Assembly (NCBI GenBank): GCA_031253545.1
Contig: JAIRWH010000009.1
Location: 3,066 to 67,065, forward strand
Direction: 5' to 3'
DNA from: Oscillospiraceae bacterium
Lineage (GTDB): Bacteria > Bacillota > Clostridia > Oscillospirales > UBA929
DNA: 64,000 nt
A model generated the notes under the pieces. That model was not told the origin of the DNA. It did not search any database and saw only the letters and a list, made by a program, of their open reading frames with translations. Shown piece after piece: positions 36,179 to 44,831 of this stretch; the first letter of the stretch is position 1; each line of letters starts with the position of its first letter. The translations under genes were made by a program, and so were the position numbers.

Positions 36179-36615
36179 AAACTGTTTTGCTTTCTGCCGC
36201 TTGCCTCTCGCTTATGCTTGCCGCGGGCTGCTCCGCGGGTGCCGTGCCCGACGGCGGTGCCGACGAGGGGGTGGACGTGGACCTCACGGCAATGAGCGCC
36301 ACCATGGTATACGCCGAGGTATACAATATCACGGTGAGCCCCGCCGACTATGTGGGCAAAACCATAAAGGCAAGCGGGCTGTATTACCCCTACTATTACG
36401 AGGAAACGGGCTTAATTTACCACAACATCTACATCGCGGACGCGGCCGCCTGCTGCCAACAGGGCATAGAGTTCGCCTGGCAAGGCGAACACGCTTACCC
36501 CGACGATTACCCCGCCGAGCAGGCGCGTATAGTTATTTCCGGCACATTCGGCAGCTACGACGAGCTTGGATATACTTATTACCACATTGTAACGGACGGC
36601 ATTACGGTGGAGTGA
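36175..36615 (+). CDS. Uncharacterised lipoprotein translationally coupled to znuB
   Basis: MKTVLLSAACLSLMLAAGCS carries a lipobox. ATG 36175 overlaps the znuB TGA (ATGA). The sequence contains YYPYYYEETGLIYHNIYIADAAACCQQGIEFAWQGEHAYPDDYP. Confidence 0.7.
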   Translation: MKTVLLSAACLSLMLAAGCSAGAVPDGGADEGVDVDLTAMSATMVYAEVYNITVSPADYVGKTIKASGLYYPYYYEETGLIYHNIYIADAAACCQQGIEFAWQGEHAYPDDYPAEQARIVISGTFGSYDELGYTYYHIVTDGITVE

Positions 36616-36639
36616 GGCGGGGGTTCCGCCGTGGCGCGG

Positions 36640-36684
36640 AATAACGCGGGCAGACCCGAATCCGAGCCTGCCCGCGTTATTTTA
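36640..36684 (+). terminator. Rho-independent terminator of the zur-znu operon
   Basis: A 14-bp stem AATAACGCGGGCAG...CTGCCCGCGTTATT is followed by TT. Confidence 0.7.
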
Positions 36685-36802
36685 GGAGGGGTCATGAAAA
36701 CGAATCGCTCGCCTGCTGCAACGGCTGATTCATCCTACCAATAGTGTAGCGCAAAGATATTACAGAACAATAGTGCAAGTATTAAGTTTTTGTTAATTAT
36801 TC

Positions 36803-36842
36803 GGAACATCTGTTTGCATTTGTGTGAACGGCGTGGTATAAT
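36803..36842 (+). promoter_or_regulatory. lexA promoter with overlapping SOS (Cheo-type) box
   Basis: GGAACATCTGTTTG (GAAC-N4-GTTT) at 36803-36816 overlaps the -35 TTGCAT (36814-36819). After 17 nt comes the extended -10 TGGTATAAT. Confidence 0.55.
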
Positions 36843-36871
36843 CGGGGAAACTGCCGCAAGGGAGGGCGATT

Positions 36872-37450
36872 ATGAATAAACCGTCGTCTAAAAAGCAGGA
36901 AATCTACGAATACATCGTACGTTTCACCGAAGACCGGGGTTACCCGCCGTCTGTGCGCGAAATCGGCGAAGCGGTGGGGCTTCGCTCTCCGAGCACTGTG
37001 CACTCCCACTTGCAGACGCTCCGCCGCCAGGGTCTCATCAACATGGGTGAAGGCAAAACCCGCACGATTTCCACATCGTACTCCGGGGCGGGTGTGCCCA
37101 TCATGGGCAAGGTCGCGGCGGGCGAACCCATTTTCGCGTTTGAGGAAGACTGCGGCCGCCTCGCGTACCGCGCGGAGCACCCGTCGGACTGTTTCGCGCT
37201 CAAGGTGAGGGGCGATTCCATGGTCAACGCCGGCATACTCGACGGCGACTATGTGGTGGTGCGCCGCCGAACCGACACCTTCCACAACGCCATCGTCGTG
37301 GCGCTCTTAGACGACGAAGCCACGGTTAAGCGGCTTTCCTTAGACGGAGGCCGCGTCAGCCTGCTTGCCGAAAACCCGAACTACGAGCCCATAGACGGCG
37401 AGGGTTGCCTTATATTAGGGCGTGTCATCGCGGTGGTCAGGGAGCTGTAA
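36872..37450 (+). CDS. lexA: LexA SOS repressor
   Basis: N-terminal wHTH: GYPPSVREIGEAVGLRSPSTVHSHLQTLRRQG. Cleavage site VAAGEP. Catalytic GDSM and a Lys in TVKRL. Confidence 0.95.
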   Translation: MNKPSSKKQEIYEYIVRFTEDRGYPPSVREIGEAVGLRSPSTVHSHLQTLRRQGLINMGEGKTRTISTSYSGAGVPIMGKVAAGEPIFAFEEDCGRLAYRAEHPSDCFALKVRGDSMVNAGILDGDYVVVRRRTDTFHNAIVVALLDDEATVKRLSLDGGRVSLLAENPNYEPIDGEGCLILGRVIAVVREL

Positions 37451-38961
37451 TGGTTTCTAAAATCCGCTCTCTGGGTTTGTCCGGCATAGGCGGCCTCGAA
37501 GTTTCCGTGGAGTGTTTTCTTTCACAGGGGCTGCCGGGTTTTGAGGTCGTGGGTCTGCCCGACGCGGCGGTGAAGGAGTCACGCGAACGCGTGAGGGCCG
37601 CCTTGAAGAATTGCGGTTTCGATTTCCCCATGCGCCGCATTACCGTAAACCTCGCGCCCGCCGACGTGCGGAAAGAAGGCTCGCTGTACGATTTGCCCAT
37701 TTTGCTTGGTCTGCTTAGCGCCGGCGGCGATTTGCTCATGCCGCCGGACGACTGCGCTTTTGTGGGTGAGCTTTCGCTCGAAGGGCGTTTGCGCCCCGTG
37801 AGCGGCATATTGCCCATGGCGCTGGAAGCGGCGCGGCGCGGGGTAAAGCGCCTGTTCGCGCCCGCCGAAAATGCCCCCGAGGCTTCGGCTGTGCAGGAGC
37901 TGGAGGTTTACCCCGCCGAGCACGTCTCCGAGATATTGGAGCACATATCGGGGCGGCGACCCATAGAGCGTGCGCCGGTGTATGTCTCCGCCGCCGCCGA
38001 CAAAACATTGCCGGACTTCTGTGAAGTGCGCGGGCAGGACAACGCCAAGCGCGCCCTGGAAATCGCCGCGTCCGGGGGGCACAACCTGCTCCTTTCCGGC
38101 CCGCCGGGCGCGGGCAAGTCCATGCTTGCCCGGCGGCTGCCGTCTATATTGCCCGACATGACGCGCGAAGAGGCCCTTGAGGCCACGGGCATCCACTCCG
38201 TGGTCGGTCTTACGAGCCGCGCGGAGCCTATCCTCACGTCCCGGCCGTTTCGCAGCCCCCACCACACTATCTCCGCCGGCGGGCTTGCCGGAGGCGGCAG
38301 GGTGCCCCGCCCGGGCGAAATGAGTCTCGCGCACCTCGGCGTATTGTTCTTAGACGAAATGCCGGAGTTTCACCGCGACACGCTGGAGGCGCTGCGCGCG
38401 CCCATGGAAGACGGCGTGGTCACCATATCGCGCGTCTCCGGCACATTGACATACCCCGCCAGGTTCATGCTCGTGTGCGCCATGAACCCCTGCAAATGCG
38501 GCTGGTACGGCCATTCTTCCGGCCGTTGCCGCTGCTCCGCGGAATCCGTGGCGCAGTACCTCGGCCGCATTTCCGGCCCACTACTCGACAGGCTCGATAT
38601 ACTGGTGGACGTGCCGAGCGTCACCTACGGCGAAATCAGCGGCCCCTCCTCGGCCGAGCGCAGCGAAAGCATAAAGCGCCGCGTGAACGGCGCGCGGAGC
38701 AGGCAGATAGAGCGTTTCGGCACATCACTCCGCACCAACGCCGTTATGACAAACGCGGAAATGGACGAATACTGCGCCCTCGGCGCGGACGCGCAAAAGG
38801 TGATGGAGGGCGCTTTCACGCGCCTTGGCATGACAGCCCGCTCCTATAACCGGGTATTGAAAGTGGCCCGCACCATAGCCGACCTCGCCGAGCAAGAGCG
38901 CATTGCGCCGCCGCACTTGGCCGAGGCGCTCCAATATAGGCAGTCAAGAGCCGGGGCATAA
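37450..38961 (+). CDS. comM: YifB/ComM-family Mg-chelatase-like AAA+ protein
   Basis: N-terminus: MVSKIRSLGLSGIGGLEVSVECF...VGLPDAAVKESRERVRAAL...RITVNLAPADVRKEGS. Walker A GPPGAGKSM; Walker B LFLDEMPEF. A TAATG overlap links it to the lexA stop. Confidence 0.9.
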   Translation: MVSKIRSLGLSGIGGLEVSVECFLSQGLPGFEVVGLPDAAVKESRERVRAALKNCGFDFPMRRITVNLAPADVRKEGSLYDLPILLGLLSAGGDLLMPPDDCAFVGELSLEGRLRPVSGILPMALEAARRGVKRLFAPAENAPEASAVQELEVYPAEHVSEILEHISGRRPIERAPVYVSAAADKTLPDFCEVRGQDNAKRALEIAASGGHNLLLSGPPGAGKSMLARRLPSILPDMTREEALEATGIHSVVGLTSRAEPILTSRPFRSPHHTISAGGLAGGGRVPRPGEMSLAHLGVLFLDEMPEFHRDTLEALRAPMEDGVVTISRVSGTLTYPARFMLVCAMNPCKCGWYGHSSGRCRCSAESVAQYLGRISGPLLDRLDILVDVPSVTYGEISGPSSAERSESIKRRVNGARSRQIERFGTSLRTNAVMTNAEMDEYCALGADAQKVMEGAFTRLGMTARSYNRVLKVARTIADLAEQERIAPPHLAEALQYRQSRAGA

Positions 38962-39118
38962 CGGGCGGCCGTTTCTCCTTTTTCGCCCGCGCAAACTTCC
39001 TCCGGCACTTAACAATTCTTATGCAATGGACCTCGCGCGATTCTGCCCAAATCTCTTGCGCGGCAGCTTCGTTTTGTGGTATAGTTGCGGTGTTACACTA
39101 TCGCGAGGAGGAGCGTAA

Positions 39119-40651
39119 ATGGCCGCGACGAAGCGCCGTAAACTGCTGATAGTATATCCCGATTTTGCCGAAAACCGCGCGGGCACACAACTCAAGGGGA
39201 GCTACTCGGAGGGCATCGCCTCCATCTCCGCCGTGTGCAAGCAGGGCGGCCACGATGTGGCGCTTTGGCACATGACCGGCATGGTTTCCAAAGACGAATG
39301 TGTGTCCGCCATCGCCAAGCACGCGCCCGACATCGTGGCCTTTTCCACTTGGACCAACGCCTACCCGTTTGTCAAGCAAATGCTCAAATGGGTCAAGGAG
39401 GAGTTTGCGGTATTCACGCTCTGCGGCGGTTATCACACCACGCTCTGCCCGGAGGAAGTCATCGTAAACGAAGACGTGGACGCGGTATGTATCGGCGAGG
39501 GCGAATACCCCACCTTGGAGATATGCGACAACTTAGACGATAAGGAACTGCTCTACCAAACGCAAAGCGTATGGTTCCGCGCCGGGGGCGAGATTATTCG
39601 CAACCCCGTCAGACCGTTTATCGCCGACTTAGATTCCCTGCCTGTGCCGGATATGGAGCTGTTTGACTTCGATAGATTCCTCTCTTCCAAAATCAAGACC
39701 GCCATCGTCATGGTGTCCAGGGGCTGCATTTTCAGCTGCACCTACTGCGCCAACGCCCAGATGAAGGCCATATACCCCAACGGGGCCAACTACGCCCGCT
39801 TCAAGGGGCCGCAAAAAGCCGTGGACTACTTAAAGCTAATATTGGAAAAGTACCCGTATATCGGCTATTTTAACTTCATGGACAGTATTCTGAACATGAA
39901 GAAGAAATGGTTCGAGGAGTTTATCGCGCTGTATGCCCGGCAGCTTGCCGTGCCCTTCTATTGCCGCCTCAGGCTCGACCTGCTTGACGAAGACATAGTG
40001 CGTATGCTCAAAGAGGCCGGCTGCTGCCTTGTGGACATCGGCATCGAGAGCGGCGACTACGAATTGCGCAAGAATTACTTAAAGCGCAACATGACCGACG
40101 ACACCATTATGCGGGCGTTTACCTATTTCAGGAAATACAAAATCCCCACCCTGACGTTCAATATGGTGGGTATTCCGTATGAGGACATCAAACTGACGCT
40201 CAAAACCGTGAAGCTCAACGCGCGAATCCGCCCGAATAAGCTGGTCGTGAGCATATTTTACCCCCTGCAAAGCACGGAGCTTGCCAATATAGCCCGCGAG
40301 GCGGGTTTCATCACCGAGAGCACCGATATGCACAGGGAGGTGGTCTGCCGCCAGCCGCAGTACCCGGAAAAGCAGGTGCTTTTCGCGCAGCACTACTTCA
40401 AGATATACGTTTGGTGGTACAAGCGCGCCTTCGCGCTGCCGAAGCCGCTCGGCAAACCCTTGGAAAAGCTGCTCGACTTCATGTTTACCACCAAATACAA
40501 GCCGCACACGCTGCTCGTGTTTTTCCACAAGCTGTGGGTGCTGTTTTACAACGGCGTGAAGCGCGTGGTCATGAAACTCTCGCCGCGCCTGTACATCTCC
40601 CTCAAAGACCGCGTGCTGCGGCTGAAAAAGTCCGAGCGCGGCAAGGCTTGA
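39119..40651 (+). CDS. B12-binding-domain radical SAM protein (class B type), function unknown
   Basis: The N-terminal Rossmann-like region begins LLIVYPDF.... The radical SAM cluster motif is VSRGCIFSCTYCAN (CX3CX2C). The C-terminal tail is basic and aromatic. SD GAGGAGGAG. Confidence 0.85.
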   Translation: MAATKRRKLLIVYPDFAENRAGTQLKGSYSEGIASISAVCKQGGHDVALWHMTGMVSKDECVSAIAKHAPDIVAFSTWTNAYPFVKQMLKWVKEEFAVFTLCGGYHTTLCPEEVIVNEDVDAVCIGEGEYPTLEICDNLDDKELLYQTQSVWFRAGGEIIRNPVRPFIADLDSLPVPDMELFDFDRFLSSKIKTAIVMVSRGCIFSCTYCANAQMKAIYPNGANYARFKGPQKAVDYLKLILEKYPYIGYFNFMDSILNMKKKWFEEFIALYARQLAVPFYCRLRLDLLDEDIVRMLKEAGCCLVDIGIESGDYELRKNYLKRNMTDDTIMRAFTYFRKYKIPTLTFNMVGIPYEDIKLTLKTVKLNARIRPNKLVVSIFYPLQSTELANIAREAGFITESTDMHREVVCRQPQYPEKQVLFAQHYFKIYVWWYKRAFALPKPLGKPLEKLLDFMFTTKYKPHTLLVFFHKLWVLFYNGVKRVVMKLSPRLYISLKDRVLRLKKSERGKA

Positions 40652-40676
40652 TATTTCGCGTCGGCGGTGCTACAAT
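40648..40676 (+). promoter_or_regulatory. Sigma70-like promoter for the V-ATPase operon
   Basis: TTGATA (overlapping the radical SAM stop codon), 17 nt, TACAAT. Confidence 0.5.
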
Positions 40677-40705
40677 GAATGGGATTTTTCTTTGGAGGCG
40701 CTGAC

Positions 40706-41035
40706 ATGGAGCATATCGGCCTGCTGAACAAAATCATCGCCGCCGAGCAGAAGGCCCGGCAGATTACCGACGAAGCCTCGCGGAAGCGCGGCTCGTTGGA
40801 CGACGAGCTGAAAGCGAAGGCGGAGGCGCTGCGCAAAGAATACCACGAGCGGGCGCAGGCCCGTATAGACGCCGTGAGGCAGCAAGAAGAGCTCATGGCC
40901 GGCGAATCCCTGCGCAAATTGGAAGAAAGCTGCCGGCGCGATATGCGGGCCTTAGAAGAGCAATACGAGAAAAACAGGGACGAATGGGTGAATAAGCTCT
41001 TTTCCATAGTGATAAACGGTGCGAGCGATGCTTAA
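40706..41035 (+). CDS. V-type ATPase peripheral-stalk subunit (G/H-like coiled coil)
   Basis: MEHIGLLNKIIAAEQKARQITDEA... is a charged helical protein of 109 aa. It is the first gene of the operon. SD GGAGG. Confidence 0.6.
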   Translation: MEHIGLLNKIIAAEQKARQITDEASRKRGSLDDELKAKAEALRKEYHERAQARIDAVRQQEELMAGESLRKLEESCRRDMRALEEQYEKNRDEWVNKLFSIVINGASDA

Positions 41036-42071
41036 CCGCCTCATCGCGTACAGCGCCGTGTCGGCGAAGGTGAGGGCGCTTTGGGGTCGCCGCCTCACGG
41101 GCAGCGATTACGGTCATATGGCGGCCATGCGCTCCGTGGCGGAGCTCGCCCACTACATACATTCGCTCCCCCGTTGGGGCGGGGCGTTAACGGGGTTAGA
41201 CTTCCAATCCGTCAGCCGCGCCGCGCTGGAAGAACGCCTGCGGCGGCACAGGGCGGAGGAAATCCTTCGCCTTTACCCATATCTCAACCCCGCCGACAAA
41301 GACCTCATATCCTTCCCCGTGCTCGACGTGGAGCTGCACCAAATCATGCGCTGGCTGCGCCTTGCCGGCGCCGGCAGGCAGGCCGAATACAGCTACACGC
41401 CGCCGCCGCAGCTCAAAAAGTTTATGAACATCAATTACCCCGCCCTTTCCAACGCAAAGACTTACGCCGACCTCATCGCCTGCGCCGGCATAGATTACGC
41501 GCACGTATTGGCGAAACTCGCGCCGGAGGGCGGCGGATTCCCTCAATTCACACTGGTGGAGACGGCGCTCCTCGGCCATTATTTACATTCGATGCACAAC
41601 TTGGTGCTGCGCCGCAAATCCGGCTCCGAACGCGAAAGCCTGCTTGTTTCCATCGGCATGAGGGGCGACCTTTTCAATATATCGGTCATATCCCGCGTAC
41701 TCCGTTACCACCCCAGCATGACCGGCTCCATACTCTCCTTCCTCGTGCCCGTGTCCGCCTATCTGCGCCCGGGGTTCCTCAAAGACCTCTGCTCCGCGAA
41801 AAACCACGACGAGTTCATGGTTTTACTGCGCCGCAGCCGTTACAAGCGCTGGCTCCCGCCCGACGACCCCACCCCCGACCGCCTCTCCGTGAATACCCGC
41901 CACGAGTTTTACCGCCGCCACCTCCACTCCGCCGTGCCTTCCGAGATGACCCCTCTCAGCTACCTTTACCTTTCGGAACTGGAGCTGGAAAACATCATCC
42001 ACATAGTCGAGTGCGTGCGCTACGGCGTGGAGCCTGCCGTGACCATGACCTACGTGACGTACAGGGATTAA
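41028..42071 (+). CDS. V-type ATPase subunit C (V0 d-like)
   Basis: About 347 aa, starting MLNRLIAYSAVSAKVRALWGRRLTGSDY. Size and operon position match AtpC. Confidence 0.75.
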   Translation: MLNRLIAYSAVSAKVRALWGRRLTGSDYGHMAAMRSVAELAHYIHSLPRWGGALTGLDFQSVSRAALEERLRRHRAEEILRLYPYLNPADKDLISFPVLDVELHQIMRWLRLAGAGRQAEYSYTPPPQLKKFMNINYPALSNAKTYADLIACAGIDYAHVLAKLAPEGGGFPQFTLVETALLGHYLHSMHNLVLRRKSGSERESLLVSIGMRGDLFNISVISRVLRYHPSMTGSILSFLVPVSAYLRPGFLKDLCSAKNHDEFMVLLRRSRYKRWLPPDDPTPDRLSVNTRHEFYRRHLHSAVPSEMTPLSYLYLSELELENIIHIVECVRYGVEPAVTMTYVTYRD

Positions 42072-42134
42072 ATCCCCGAAAAGGAAACCCCCGCGCCGCC
42101 GTTTCACCGAAGACATAACCCTAAGGAGGTTCCC

Positions 42135-44057
42135 ATGCCCGTAGCGCCAATGAAGCTCGTCACGATAGCGGGACCGCTGCATGAGTTCGACCTCGTTGCG
42201 CGCTCCTGCGTCATTGACCGCGAGTTTCATCCGGAAAACGCGATAAACGTATTGAAGAGCGTCAAGGGTTTGCTGCCCTTCGACCCGTTTAACCCATACG
42301 CCCCTTTGTTGCGCCGCGCCCGTGAGATTGCCGACCGCGCGGGCATACCGCTCGATTACGCGCCCTTCCCGGAGGAAGGTTTCAGCCCGGAAGATTGCGC
42401 GGGCAGCTTAGACGACATGGAAAACCTCGTGAACCCCCTTCTGCAGGAACGGGTCACGCTCTCGGAAAGGCTCGACGAGAACAATATGCTGCTCATGCAG
42501 CTTGAAAACGTGTTGGCCGTGGATGTGCCGCTGCAAGACTTCTTCTCGTTTTCCTATGTCAAGTTCCGTTTCGGCCGTATGCCGCGCGAGGTCTATAACT
42601 CCTTCCACCCGCATATAGCCGAGCGCGAATATGTGTTCTTCTTCAAGACCAACGCCGACCGCAACTATGTATACGGCATGTACATGGCGCCGCGCAGCCG
42701 CTCCGAGGAAGCCGATTCGCTGTTTGCCTCGCTGCAATTCGAACGGGTGCGCCTCTCCGCCCGCCTGCACGGCACGGGCGAACAAGCCATGGACGCGATA
42801 CGCGCCGACACAAAAGCCACGGAGCGCCGGGTTGAGGAGGTGGCGCGCGAGCTTGCGACCCTGCGGCGCGAAAAGTCCGCGTTCTTTCTGAGCCGCTATT
42901 CCTACATCCGCTACATCAGCGATTCCTACGACGCCCGCCGCTATGCCGCCCACACGGAGGAAAGTTTCTACATGCTCGGCTGGGTGCCGGACTCCGCCTT
43001 TGACGCTTTTGCCGAAAACGTGGGCAAATACAAACAATACAACGTGGTTTTGCTCGGCGAAGACCCCGAAGGCCTCACGGACTTCGTGCCCCCCGTGCAG
43101 CTCAAAAACCGCGCCTTACTGCGCCCTTTCGAGCCGCTCGTGGCTATGTACGGCCTGCCCGCCTACAACGAGACAGACCCCACGCCGTTTATTGCCGTGG
43201 TCTATTCGTTTCTCTTCGGCATTATGTACGGAGACGTGGGTCACGGTATTCTGCTGGCTCTCACCGGCTGCTTTATGTGGAAAGCAAAACGCATGTGGCT
43301 GGGGCGTGTGCTCATATACACCGGCGCGGCCTCCGTGCTGTTCGGCCTGCTGTATGGCTCCGTGTTCGGCAGCGAGGAGCTGCTGCCCTTCGGTTTCGAC
43401 CTGCTCTCGGAAAGCCACCTTGTGCTCACGTTTTCCATTTACGGCGGCGCGGCGCTCCTGTGTGCCGCCATCGCCGTCAATATCGTCAACGGCATACGGC
43501 AGCGCGACACCATAAAGACCCTGTTTGGGCCGAACGCCTTGGCGGGGTTGCTGATGTACTCCGCCATGGCGCTCACGGTGTTGCCGTTTCTCGGTTTCGG
43601 CACCGAACTGCTGAGCGCCTCCGTCACAATACCCGTCATATTCTGCGCCGCCGCCGTTGTGTTCTGCCGCGAACCGCTCTCCAAGTTCTGCGAAGGCCGC
43701 CGCAATTGGAAGCCCCACGAGGGCGTGGGGGGCTTCCTCGTCACCAATTTCTTTGAGATGTTTGAGATACTGCTCTCGTTTCTTTCCAACACGCTCTCTT
43801 TCCTGCGCGTGGGCGCGTTCGCCATTTCCCACGCCGCGATGATGACCGTGGTGTACGCCCTTGCCGAGACAGCCTCCGGCAGCCACAATATCGTGGTGCT
43901 CGCGTTCGGCAATATCTTCGTGGCGGCCATCGAGGGTCTTCTCGTGGGCATACAGGTGTTGCGACTCAACTTCTACGAGCTGTTCGGCCGCTTTTACGGC
44001 GGTTCGGGCCGCCCGTATGAGCCGATAAAGATAGATTACCGCTCCAGAAAAGATTGA
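42135..44057 (+). CDS. V-type ATPase subunit I (a-subunit, membrane stator)
   Basis: 640 aa, with an N-terminal soluble coiled-coil half and a C-terminal polytopic half containing LSNTLSFLRVGAFAISHAAM, the region of the conserved Arg. Confidence 0.9.
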   Translation: MPVAPMKLVTIAGPLHEFDLVARSCVIDREFHPENAINVLKSVKGLLPFDPFNPYAPLLRRAREIADRAGIPLDYAPFPEEGFSPEDCAGSLDDMENLVNPLLQERVTLSERLDENNMLLMQLENVLAVDVPLQDFFSFSYVKFRFGRMPREVYNSFHPHIAEREYVFFFKTNADRNYVYGMYMAPRSRSEEADSLFASLQFERVRLSARLHGTGEQAMDAIRADTKATERRVEEVARELATLRREKSAFFLSRYSYIRYISDSYDARRYAAHTEESFYMLGWVPDSAFDAFAENVGKYKQYNVVLLGEDPEGLTDFVPPVQLKNRALLRPFEPLVAMYGLPAYNETDPTPFIAVVYSFLFGIMYGDVGHGILLALTGCFMWKAKRMWLGRVLIYTGAASVLFGLLYGSVFGSEELLPFGFDLLSESHLVLTFSIYGGAALLCAAIAVNIVNGIRQRDTIKTLFGPNALAGLLMYSAMALTVLPFLGFGTELLSASVTIPVIFCAAAVVFCREPLSKFCEGRRNWKPHEGVGGFLVTNFFEMFEILLSFLSNTLSFLRVGAFAISHAAMMTVVYALAETASGSHNIVVLAFGNIFVAAIEGLLVGIQVLRLNFYELFGRFYGGSGRPYEPIKIDYRSRKD

Positions 44058-44061
44058 AAGG

Positions 44062-44502
44062 TTGGTTATCATGGACATCTTACTCGGTGCCGCCGCGCTT
44101 ACCCTCATCATTGTTTTGCCGCTGTACGCGCTCTCCCGCCGCCGCCTGAAAGGCAAACCCGTGAGGAGCGGCCTGCTTTTGCAGATACTGTGTTTCTTCG
44201 CGGCGGGTTTCCTGTTGGTGGGCTTCGGCTTCCATCAATCGCTCGCCGCGGAAGCGGCCGACACCGCCGAAGCCGCGGGCGGCATAACGGACGTGGCGTG
44301 GGCGATGATTGCCGCCGCGCTCGCCGTGGGGCTTTCGGGCATCGGCGGCGGTATCGCCGTGGCGGCCTCCGCCTCCGCCGCGCTCGGCGCTATCAGCGAA
44401 AACGAAAAGACCTTCGGCAAGGCGCTCATATTCGTGGGCATGGCCGAAGGCGTGGCGCTCTACGGGCTCATCATCGCGCTGATGATTATACTCAATTCCT
44501 GA
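44062..44502 (+). CDS. V-type ATPase proteolipid subunit K (c) with non-homologous N-terminal extension
   Basis: The C-terminal hairpin reads AAALAVGLSGIGGGIAVA...FVGMAEGVALYGLIIALMI and carries the ion-binding Glu. The preceding 70 aa or so contain two further hydrophobic helices. Confidence 0.8.
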   Translation: MVIMDILLGAAALTLIIVLPLYALSRRRLKGKPVRSGLLLQILCFFAAGFLLVGFGFHQSLAAEAADTAEAAGGITDVAWAMIAAALAVGLSGIGGGIAVAASASAALGAISENEKTFGKALIFVGMAEGVALYGLIIALMIILNS

Positions 44503-44503
44503 A

Positions 44504-44812
44504 ATGCGCTACTTTGCCGTGAGCGACAACCTCGACACGTTGCTCGGTCTGCGCCTCGCGGGCATAGACGGCGTGGAGGTGCGCACGCCTTCCGAGGTGC
44601 GCGGCGCCTTGTCGCGTTGCATTGAGGACAAAGACGTGGGCGTTATACTCATCACGGAAAAACTCGCGCGGCTCTGTCCGGAGCAAATAGACGACTTAAA
44701 GCTCCGCCTCACGCGCACACTGGTGGTGGAAATCCCCGACCGCCACGGCACGGGTCGCACCCCGGACTCCATCACGCGCTATATCCGCGAGGCCATCGGC
44801 GTGAAACTGTAA
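44504..44812 (+). CDS. V-type ATPase subunit F
   Basis: 102 aa, starting MRYFAVSDNLDTLLGLRLAGIDGVEV and containing VGVILITEKLA, typical of AtpF (V-type). Confidence 0.8.
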   Translation: MRYFAVSDNLDTLLGLRLAGIDGVEVRTPSEVRGALSRCIEDKDVGVILITEKLARLCPEQIDDLKLRLTRTLVVEIPDRHGTGRTPDSITRYIREAIGVKL

Positions 44813-44831
44813 TAACGGGAGTGGTCTTTAT

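Noticed and set aside
36694-36744. 16-codon ORF (MKTNRSPAATADSSYQ) with a perfect AGGAGGGG SD
   Set aside because: It starts 10 nt after the znu operon terminator with no promoter in between. The peptide is featureless, so the SD-like sequence is probably coincidental.
39026-39118. 30-aa Cys-containing ORF (MDLARFCPNLLRGSFVLWYSCGVTLSRGGA) abutting the radical SAM start, considered as a RiPP precursor
   Set aside because: It has no SD. The predicted radical SAM promoter and SD lie inside it. No leader/core organisation or accessory RiPP genes (protease, transporter, RRE) are nearby, and the enzyme lacks an obvious SPASM-type C-terminus.
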